A stretch of 64,000 bases of DNA from an uncultured Stakelama sp. (GTDB lineage: Bacteria; Pseudomonadota; Alphaproteobacteria; Sphingomonadales; Sphingomonadaceae). Made by a program: the position numbers and the translations under genes. The notes under the pieces were generated by a model. That model was not told the DNA's origin. It did no database searches and was given only the letters and a program-made list of their open reading frames with translations. Every line of letters starts with the position of its first letter. Position 1 is the first letter of the stretch. This document shows, one piece after another, positions 56,734-64,000 of this stretch. The stretch is from assembly GCA_964496045.1 (NCBI GenBank), contig CAZBYE010000001.1, positions 727 through 64,726 of the forward strand, in the 5' to 3' direction.

Positions 56734-59421
56734 TCAGAAGCGGACGCGGGCACCGAGGGTGAAGTAGCGGCCCAGAACGTCGTAATAGGGCGAGAAGAGC
56801 GACCCCGCCGGAGGATCCTTGTCGAACAGGTTGGAGATGTTGGCGTAGATCTCCATCTGCCGCCCTTCCGCCACCGGCACCTTCATCTGCGCCTGCAGGT
56901 CGAAATAGGTGTAGGCGCCGATGTGGTTGTTGGTGAGCGGGACCTGATTGTTATACTCGCCCGGCGAGATGTAGCGGGCGCGGATCAGGCCCGAGAAGCT
57001 CTTGTCCTCATAGCCGATCGAGCCGTTCACCCGCCATGCCGGCACGCCGAGGCCGAACGAATAGCCCTGCGAGCGGACATATTCGAGCTTCACCACGCCA
57101 TCGTCGGTGGTGAGGCTGTTGACCCAGGTGCCGAGCACCCGGAACTTCATCCGGCCTTCGGACGACGCGAACAGGCGGTCCAGCGGCAGGATGTAGGACA
57201 CTTCCGCATCGATGCCGTCGGTCTTGTAGTTCGCCAGATTGACGAAGGTCGAAACGGTGCGGGTGATGGCCCCGCTCCCGTCACGCTCGACGCGTGCGCA
57301 CAGCGCGGTGTTGCCGTTGAAGCAGCGTGTCACCAGATCCTGCGCAGCGACGGTGGTGATGACATCGTCGACGTCGATGTTGAAATAGTCGACCGACAGG
57401 TTGAGGCCCGAAACCGCGGGCGGCGAATAGGTGAAGCCAACGGTCCAGGTATCGGCCTTTTCCGGATTGAGATTGGGATTGCCGCCGCCGTTGCTCAGCA
57501 CATAAACGTTCTGCTTGGTGACCGGGTCGTAGATCGTGTTGTAGCCGGTCGTCGTCTGCGTATAGAGCTCGCTCAGATTGGCCGAGCGGATGTCGCGCGA
57601 GCGGGTCGCGCGGCCGCGGAAGCCCGGAAAGAACTCGTTGGTGAGGCCGAGCTTCCACGACCAGATCGAGCCGGTCGTGCTGTAGTCGCTGACGCGCACC
57701 GCGCCATTGAACTCCAGCTTGCGCAGCAGCGGCGTGTTGTGGATCAGCGGCACCAGCACTTCGCCGAACGCTTCCTTCACATCGAAGCTGCCCGACATCG
57801 CCGAGAAGCTGAAAGTGCGGAACGCCTTGGCAGCGTCGAGCGCGCCGACGGTCTGCGTGATGCTTTCCTTGCGCGCTTCGATACCGACCGCGAACGAGAC
57901 GTCACCGGCGGGAAGCGCGAACGGCTCGCCGCGCAGGCTAAGCCCACCGACGTCGAGCTTGGTCGTGCCGCGCTGGCTCGGCGTGCCGGTGACATAGTCG
58001 ATTGCCGCCTGCGATGGGGCGCCGAGGCCGAACAGGTTGATCGGCACGCAGTTGGTCGACGGGTCGGTCAGCGCGATCCGACAGATCGGCTTCCCGCCCG
58101 GCCCGGCCACCGCATCGACCGCGTTGGCGAACTCGCGCGTCAGCAGGAAGCCGGGGGTGTCGATGTTGTTCTGATATTCGCCATGGCTGTAATAGGCGCT
58201 CCAGCGCAACTTCGAGCCGATCTTGCCGTCGAACGCAAGCGTGCCCTGAGTGACCTTGCGCTCGAAGTCGATCGACGGATAGGACAGGTCGCTGTTGAAG
58301 CGGCCCATGTAGAAGCTGGTCTGGCCGGCATTGGCGAGCGCGGTGCGCGCGCTGTTCGACAGGAAGGCATTGTCCGACCGGATCTGGATGCCCGACGTCG
58401 CGGTGCCCTGCACATGATCGCCGAACCAGACATAGTTGTTGTACATGCGCGAATGGCGCAGCTCGGCGGTGACCTTGATCGCCGGGGTCAGCTCATAGGT
58501 CAGGCGGCCGAGCGCGCTGTACCGGCGCTGCGGGGTCATCAGCGGGCTGAGATCGTCGTTCGACGGGCCTTCGCCGCCGGTCATATAGCTGCCGACCACG
58601 CGACCGAAGTCGAAGTCGCGCAGCGAGCCGTCGGGGTTGAACGCCTTGCCCTTGAGCACGCCCGAGGTGATCAGGCCGCCATAGGCCGAGGTGGAGAAGC
58701 CGACATCGGGCGTCATCGCGCCGCCGAACGAGGCCCAGCGGCCGATCTTGTCGCGTGCGACCTTGGGCACGATGCCGTTGCTGTTGAAATACTCGCCGCC
58801 GATCACGAAGTGGCCGCGGCCGTCGGCGAAGCCGAACCCGGCCTTGCCGTCGAAGCGGTGCTGCGCGGCGTCACCATAGGTCGAAAGACCCGCTTCGGCG
58901 CCGAGCTGGAGGCCGCTGAACTTCTCATCGATGCCGATGTTGACGACGCCGGCGACCGCGCCCGAGCCCCATGCCGCGGATGCGCCGCCGGTCACGACCT
59001 GCGCGCTGCGGATCAGGACATTGGGAATGGTGTTGAGGTCATTGTCGCTGGCGATGCGGCGGCCGTCGACCAGCACCAGCGTGCGGTTAATGCCGAGGCC
59101 ACGCAGGTCGACCGGAGCATTGCCCGCGCCGGTGTTGGTGCCGGTGGTCTGCGCCGAGGTCGTCGCGCGGAACTGCGGAAGGTCGTTCAGCGCCGCGGCG
59201 ACGTTGGGGCGCGCGCCGACCGACAGATCCTCGGCGGTGACGGTGATGGTCGGGGTCGGCGTGTCGAAATTACGGTCGATGCGCGATCCGGTGACGACGA
59301 TCTCACCGCCGTCATCGGCGGCCTGCGCTTCCACCGGGGCGGGCTCGACGGCCTGCGCCCATGCGGTTGCCGGGATGAAGATTGCTGCGCAAGCGCCGAC
59401 TACACTGCCAAATCGCGTCAT
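56734..59421 (-). CDS. TonB-dependent receptor (no signalling domain), paralogue of 49198..52170
   Basis: EIVVTGS, AAALNDLPQFR, VDLRGLGINRTL, terminal F. Confidence 0.93.
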   Translation of the reverse strand: MTRFGSVVGACAAIFIPATAWAQAVEPAPVEAQAADDGGEIVVTGSRIDRNFDTPTPTITVTAEDLSVGARPNVAAALNDLPQFRATTSAQTTGTNTGAGNAPVDLRGLGINRTLVLVDGRRIASDNDLNTIPNVLIRSAQVVTGGASAAWGSGAVAGVVNIGIDEKFSGLQLGAEAGLSTYGDAAQHRFDGKAGFGFADGRGHFVIGGEYFNSNGIVPKVARDKIGRWASFGGAMTPDVGFSTSAYGGLITSGVLKGKAFNPDGSLRDFDFGRVVGSYMTGGEGPSNDDLSPLMTPQRRYSALGRLTYELTPAIKVTAELRHSRMYNNYVWFGDHVQGTATSGIQIRSDNAFLSNSARTALANAGQTSFYMGRFNSDLSYPSIDFERKVTQGTLAFDGKIGSKLRWSAYYSHGEYQNNIDTPGFLLTREFANAVDAVAGPGGKPICRIALTDPSTNCVPINLFGLGAPSQAAIDYVTGTPSQRGTTKLDVGGLSLRGEPFALPAGDVSFAVGIEARKESITQTVGALDAAKAFRTFSFSAMSGSFDVKEAFGEVLVPLIHNTPLLRKLEFNGAVRVSDYSTTGSIWSWKLGLTNEFFPGFRGRATRSRDIRSANLSELYTQTTTGYNTIYDPVTKQNVYVLSNGGGNPNLNPEKADTWTVGFTYSPPAVSGLNLSVDYFNIDVDDVITTVAAQDLVTRCFNGNTALCARVERDGSGAITRTVSTFVNLANYKTDGIDAEVSYILPLDRLFASSEGRMKFRVLGTWVNSLTTDDGVVKLEYVRSQGYSFGLGVPAWRVNGSIGYEDKSFSGLIRARYISPGEYNNQVPLTNNHIGAYTYFDLQAQMKVPVAEGRQMEIYANISNLFDKDPPAGSLFSPYYDVLGRYFTLGARVRF

Positions 59422-59552
59422 ATGACCCCCTGTTGCAGCCGACGGTCCTTTGCCGCGGGCTTTCAGAGGGAAGACGAACGGATTTCACAAAACAGACATG
59501 GTTCTGAAATTTTTCCGGAACCGGGCCCGCGACGCGCAGGCCCGGCCGGATA

Positions 59553-62500
59553 TCAGAACGCCATGCGAACCCCCGCAACCCCCTTGAGGGTATAGCTTTT
59601 GCCGAAGTCGTTGACCGCGGTATCGGCCGAGACTTCGCTGTAGAGCGTGAGCCTGCCGCCGAGCTTCAGGCTGCCGCCCAGACCCAGCTCGCCCCACAGC
59701 CGGTGGTTCTCGCGCGCGATCCGCGTGCCCGAGACATCGGTGATCGTGCCGTCGAGCCATTCGTAGCTCAGATTGACCACGCCATAGACATGGCTACGCC
59801 CGTCCTGATGGTCGAGCGAGATGCCCCAGCGCGTCTTGAGGCTGTCGCCCAGCTTCGACGAGACTGTCGCGCCGTTCGGATCGGTGAAGCGATCGAACCC
59901 GACGGTTGAATAGACCGTCTGGATCTGCGGGGTGACCGAAAGCCCGCCGCCGATCGATGCGCGTTTGCCGACCTCGACGCTATAGGCCTGCCCTTTGCCC
60001 TTATTGTCGTCGGTGAGCTTGCCGAGCACCGTAGAGGTGAGCTTGCTGTCGAACCAGCTGACCTGCGCGCGACCGTCGACATAGAAGCCCTTCGGACCGA
60101 ACCAGCTGAGCGTTGCACCCGCGCTATAGCCCTGCGTCTTGATGCGGCCGTTGCCGAAGGGCGAGGCGATGGTCGCGCTGGCCTCGCCATAGCTGCCGAG
60201 GACGCCGAGCACGAGCGAGGCGCCGTCGGCGCGTTCGCTCAGCACCTGATCCGCGCCAAGCTCGATCTTCCAGCTGTCGACATTGACGTCGGTGAAGCTG
60301 GTCGAGCGCACCGCTTCGGGCCGGGCGCGCTGGTTTTCCGACCGGCCCCAGATCCCGAACGACCGCGCATTGCCCTCCGCCCATTGGCGGTTGCCGGTCC
60401 GCTCCTGCATCGTGCCGAGCTGAGTGAGCGCCGACAGCGTCTGGCCATAGGCCTCGTAGACCGGCACGCCCGGCTGGTAGAGCGGGATTTCGGGCTGCTG
60501 CAGCAGGCTCGAACGGAGGTACCAGTCACCATCGGCGGGGCTGGTGACGCCGTTCTTGTACAGACGATAGCCATAGGCACCGGCGATCAGCGCGGGTGCA
60601 CCTTCAAACAGATAGTCGCTGTTACCGAGCGTGAACACGCCGTTCGATGTGCCGGTCACGTCGATGATCTTGATGCCGTCGACCGTCGCCGCGCCAAGAC
60701 CACCCTGATTGGTGACCTGAACCACCGTATTGCCGGACGTCGCGCCATTGACCACCAGCCGGTCGGCGCGCGCGCTGTCGCCGCCAAGCTCGGCATCGAT
60801 CGCGAGCGTGCCGTTGGCGCCGGTATAGCTGCCGTTGATCGTTAGCGTGCCGAAGCCGTCACGGCCGGGCGCCACGGTTCCTGCGTTGGTCACCGAGCCG
60901 ACGGTACCAATGCCCTCGAGCCGGGCGCCGACCCGGACATCGACTGTCCCCCCGAACGCACCCATCACTGCCAGCGTACCGCCGGTGATGCTGGTCGCGC
61001 CGGTGTAGCCGCCATTGTTGCCGCTCAGTATCAGCGTGCCGCTGCCCGCCTTGGTGAAGGCGCCCGTACCGGTGAGCGCTCCGCTCAGCGAGAAGGTGGT
61101 GCCGTTCGCCGTCGAGAGCATGCCCGCACCCAGCAGATTGACGTTGCGCGCGCTGCTGAACGTCGCGGTGGTTGCCAGCGTACCACCGTCGAACGTCACC
61201 CCACCCGCCGCTGCGCCGAGATTGGCGTCGCTGGACATCTGGAGCGTGCCGCCGGTGATCCGGGTGCCGCCGGTGTAGCCGTTGGTGCCGCCCAGCACGA
61301 GCGTGCCGGCGTCGGTCTTGACCAGCTCGCTCGCGCCCGAAAGCGCAGCGTTGATCGTCGCGGTATAGCCCGCGCGCGCGGTGCTGCCGTCACCCACGCG
61401 GAACGACGCCTGCCCGCCGGTCAGGGCGATACCGCCGCCGGTGATGGTGTAGCCGCCGGTGGCGAACTGCATCCCGCCCGCCGTGACCTGACCAAGGCTG
61501 TTGTCGACCGTGACCGTTCCGGCCGTGCCGCCGAACACCGCGAAGGCGCCGTTGGAATAGCCCGCATTCACGAGGCCTGCTGCTTCGGTCCAGTTGTCGT
61601 TGCCGCTGCTGTGCTGCCAGACGCCGGTGCCGCCATTGACGACACTATTATTCTTCGGCCCGGCCGCGCCGTCCCAGAAATTGAGCGCAAGACCCGCGAA
61701 ATTGACCAGATTGACCTGTCCGGCGATCGCCGTCTGCACCCCGACACTGCTGCCCGCAGGCATCGCGCCGAGCGACAGCCCGTTGTTGGTGAGCGTGCCG
61801 CCATAGTTGAACACGCGATAGATGCCGGCGCTGAAGTTGCCGCCGGTCGGGACGGTCACGTTGATCGTGCCGTCGAGCGTCAGATTGCCGGCGATGTTGA
61901 CCAGATCGTTGAGTCCGCCGCCTGCGACATTGGCCTGGCCGAATTCATAGGCGAGCGTTGCGCTCTGGCTGATGCTCAGGTCGCCGTTGATGGTCAGCGT
62001 CCCCGCACCGCCCGCGCCCGGCGTGAGCGTGCCGGCGAGACTGACGTTCCCGCCGATCGTGCCGGTGCCCCCGAGCGTCGCGCCGCTGCGGATGGTCACG
62101 GGGCCGGTCGCCGCGGCAAAGTTGCCGTTGACGAGCAGCAAGCCCTGCACCGCGTCGATCCCGCCGCTGTGGCTGCCGGTGCCCGCCAGCACCAGCGTGC
62201 CGGAGCCGGTCTTGCCGAGCTGGCCGGTCCCGGTGATGCCGCCTGTCAGCGTCAGCGTCGTTCCGGCATCGGTGGCGAGGACGCCCTGCCCCGCCAGCAC
62301 GATCGCCCGCGCCGAGCTGATGTCCAACGCGGTGCTGAGCGTGCCGCCGTTGAAGCTCAGCGCGCCCGTCGCCGCGCCGAGATTGGCGTCGCTCGCGATG
62401 CGGATCGTGCCGCCGTTGATCGCGGTGCCGCCGGTATAGCTGTTGGTGCCGGTCAGTACGAGCTGGCCGAGATCGGTCTTGACCAGCTGGGTGCCGCCGG

Positions 62501-64000
62501 TGATCGCGGCATCGATCGTTGCGGTATAGGCACTGCCGCCGCTGGTACCGTCGCCGACACGGATCACCGATTGCGGTCCGGTGAGCGTCAGGGCGCCGCC
62601 CTGAATGCGGTAGCCATTGGCCGCGAACTGCAGGCCCGAGGCGGTGATCGCACCGAGGCTGTTGTCGATCGTGACCGTCCCTCCGGTGCCGGCGAAGACC
62701 GCGAAGGCGCCATTGTCGTAGGGCGCGTTCACCGCGCCGGTCGCATCCGTCCAGCTGTCATCCAGCGCGGTCCGCCACGTGCCGCTGCCGCCGTCGATCG
62801 TGTTGTTGAACTTGTTCGCCCCTGCCCCGCCGTCCCAGAAGTTGAGCACGGCCGACCCGGTGTTGACGAGGTTGACCTGACCGGCGACCGCGGTCTGGAC
62901 GAACAGCTCGGCGCCCGCAGGCATCGTCCCGATCGCAAGCCCGTTATTGGTCAGCGTGCCGCCATAATTGGCAACGCGGTAAAGACCGATATCAAAGCTT
63001 CCGCCCGGCGTGACCGCAACATTGAGCGTGCCGTCTAGCGTCAGGTTACCGCCGACGTTCACGACGTCGTTGAGCGCGCTGCCCACGGCATTGGCCGCGC
63101 CGAAATCGACCGCAAGTCGCGAGCCCGCCGCCATGACGAGGCTGCCGTTGATCGTGAGCGCGCCCGCACCGCCTGCGCCCGGCGCCAGCGTGCCGTCGCC
63201 CAGCATCACGCTGCCGCCGATCGTGCCGGTCCCACCCAGCGTCGCATTGGCGGCGACACTGGTCAGGCCGGTCGCAGCCGACTGGTTACCGTTGATCAGC
63301 AGCGTGCCCGCCAACACCTGCGTCGCGCCGGTATAGCTATTGGCCGCGGTCAGAACGGTGGTGCCGCTACCCGTCTGGAGCAGCTCACCGCTGCCCGAAA
63401 TGGCGCCGGCCAGCGTTAGCGTGTTCGAACGGTTGATTGCGAACCGGGCGTTGTTGACGATCGGACCCGCGATGCTTCCGGTCGTGCCGCCATCGCCGAG
63501 CTGCAGCAGGCCGGTCCTGATCGTAGTACCGCCGGTATGCGTGTTGTCGGCGGTGAGTACGAGCGTGCCGGCGCCGTCCTTGACGAGCGACCCCGCACCG
63601 GAAACGACTCCGTTGAGGACGAGGCCGGCGTCGGTGAACAAGGTGCCTGCACCGACGAGATCGACGGTCCGGCCGGAAGCGAAGGCAACGGTGTTGCGCA
63701 GCGTACCGCCGTTGAAGCTGAGCCCGCCAGCGGCCGCGCCGAGATTGGCGTCAGAGGCGATGCTGAGCGTGCCGCCATTGATCGCAGTGCCGCCGGTATA
63801 ACTGTTGGCCCCGGTCAGGACGAGGGTGCCGCCCATGTCCTTGACCAACCGCGCCGAGCCGGTGAGCGCAGAAGCGATCGTGGCAGTGATTGCCGCATCG
63901 CCCGCGCCACCGTCACCGACGCGCACGAACGCGTCCGCGCCGGTCAGCTCCAGCGGTCCGCCCGAGAGCGTGTAGCCGTTGACGGCGAACTGCATGCCGG
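59553..64000 (-). CDS. Large type Va autotransporter with passenger-associated transport repeats, truncated at right edge
   Basis: Many K-x-G-x-GTLVLTG-x-NSYTGGT-x-INGGTL repeats, LYQPGVPVYEAY linker, C-terminal beta barrel ending MAF; frame open to the window end. Confidence 0.93.
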   Translation of the reverse strand, partial: GMQFAVNGYTLSGGPLELTGADAFVRVGDGGAGDAAITATIASALTGSARLVKDMGGTLVLTGANSYTGGTAINGGTLSIASDANLGAAAGGLSFNGGTLRNTVAFASGRTVDLVGAGTLFTDAGLVLNGVVSGAGSLVKDGAGTLVLTADNTHTGGTTIRTGLLQLGDGGTTGSIAGPIVNNARFAINRSNTLTLAGAISGSGELLQTGSGTTVLTAANSYTGATQVLAGTLLINGNQSAATGLTSVAANATLGGTGTIGGSVMLGDGTLAPGAGGAGALTINGSLVMAAGSRLAVDFGAANAVGSALNDVVNVGGNLTLDGTLNVAVTPGGSFDIGLYRVANYGGTLTNNGLAIGTMPAGAELFVQTAVAGQVNLVNTGSAVLNFWDGGAGANKFNNTIDGGSGTWRTALDDSWTDATGAVNAPYDNGAFAVFAGTGGTVTIDNSLGAITASGLQFAANGYRIQGGALTLTGPQSVIRVGDGTSGGSAYTATIDAAITGGTQLVKTDLGQLVLTGTNSYTGGTAINGGTIRIASDANLGAATGALSFNGGTLSTALDISSARAIVLAGQGVLATDAGTTLTLTGGITGTGQLGKTGSGTLVLAGTGSHSGGIDAVQGLLLVNGNFAAATGPVTIRSGATLGGTGTIGGNVSLAGTLTPGAGGAGTLTINGDLSISQSATLAYEFGQANVAGGGLNDLVNIAGNLTLDGTINVTVPTGGNFSAGIYRVFNYGGTLTNNGLSLGAMPAGSSVGVQTAIAGQVNLVNFAGLALNFWDGAAGPKNNSVVNGGTGVWQHSSGNDNWTEAAGLVNAGYSNGAFAVFGGTAGTVTVDNSLGQVTAGGMQFATGGYTITGGGIALTGGQASFRVGDGSTARAGYTATINAALSGASELVKTDAGTLVLGGTNGYTGGTRITGGTLQMSSDANLGAAAGGVTFDGGTLATTATFSSARNVNLLGAGMLSTANGTTFSLSGALTGTGAFTKAGSGTLILSGNNGGYTGATSITGGTLAVMGAFGGTVDVRVGARLEGIGTVGSVTNAGTVAPGRDGFGTLTINGSYTGANGTLAIDAELGGDSARADRLVVNGATSGNTVVQVTNQGGLGAATVDGIKIIDVTGTSNGVFTLGNSDYLFEGAPALIAGAYGYRLYKNGVTSPADGDWYLRSSLLQQPEIPLYQPGVPVYEAYGQTLSALTQLGTMQERTGNRQWAEGNARSFGIWGRSENQRARPEAVRSTSFTDVNVDSWKIELGADQVLSERADGASLVLGVLGSYGEASATIASPFGNGRIKTQGYSAGATLSWFGPKGFYVDGRAQVSWFDSKLTSTVLGKLTDDNKGKGQAYSVEVGKRASIGGGLSVTPQIQTVYSTVGFDRFTDPNGATVSSKLGDSLKTRWGISLDHQDGRSHVYGVVNLSYEWLDGTITDVSGTRIARENHRLWGELGLGGSLKLGGRLTLYSEVSADTAVNDFGKSYTLKGVAGVRMAF
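61270..64000 (-). repeat. Long internal modules in the autotransporter passenger
   Basis: (M/L)QFA-x-GY landmarks at about 63987, 62625 and 61464 (periods 1362 and 1161 bp); LNFWDG at about 62835 and 61675. Confidence 0.8.

Noticed and set aside
49198-59421. Lasso-peptide cluster (S9 isopeptidase, TBDR, FecIR)
   Set aside because: No precursor, B protein or lasso cyclase in the window; the peptidase looks like a general S9 enzyme.
59470-59500. ECF promoter TGTCTG...CGTC upstream of the second TonB receptor
   Set aside because: Plausible, but I found no convincing second copy in the locus, so it is unsupported.
4490-59595. Long antisense ORFs (4490..6115, 7643..10051, 15202..17214, 24912..26429, 37553..40570, 40922..42703, 54719..56767, 56719..59595)
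   Set aside because: They mirror well-supported genes on the opposite strand, as expected in high-GC DNA, and lack motifs.

Overview
GC-rich alphaproteobacterial chromosomal DNA; gene content suggests Sphingomonadaceae (inference). I found no rRNA, tRNA, CRISPR array, IS element or integrase. Five blocks: (1) 1-7 kb, mostly housekeeping genes: a left-truncated hypothetical gene missed by the ORF track, Tat-exported MsrB, dodecin, CHAP protein, a conserved hypothetical behind a GANTC-rich/CtrA-like promoter, extensin, NUDIX, an orphan DNA methyltransferase with a C-terminal nuclease-like domain and a candidate SOS box, and RluE. (2) 7-17.5 kb, a copper island with two arms: periplasmic copAB/copCD with a CnrY-CnrX-CnrH-like anti-sigma/sensor/ECF module, and cytoplasmic copZ/P1B-ATPase with CueR, plus an embedded ATP-grasp ligase and a SAM methyltransferase. 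(3) 17.7-20.5 kb, a CHASE3 hybrid kinase/receiver/Hpt phosphorelay. (4) 20.6-29.8 kb, a TctDE/solute-binding protein/CitMHS/AbrB/TonB-receptor locus. (5) 29.8-64 kb, a co-oriented surface island: a ~5,330-aa TpsA adhesin with TpsB, a LuxR-type regulator, a FecA/FecR/FecI-type signalling trio, two exported hydrolases, a paralogous non-signalling TonB receptor and a right-truncated autotransporter. Best candidate for an undescribed system: a CnrYXH-type trans-envelope ECF cascade apparently rewired from Ni/Co to copper. Three G(A/G)GGGG-N15-CGTA promoters precede cnrY-like, copC and copA; the sensor carries extra His/Met residues; and CopA and CopB share a CxPEHAxMGHC motif. Runner-up: the adhesin/cell-surface-signalling island with a repeated 22-bp palindromic operator candidate.
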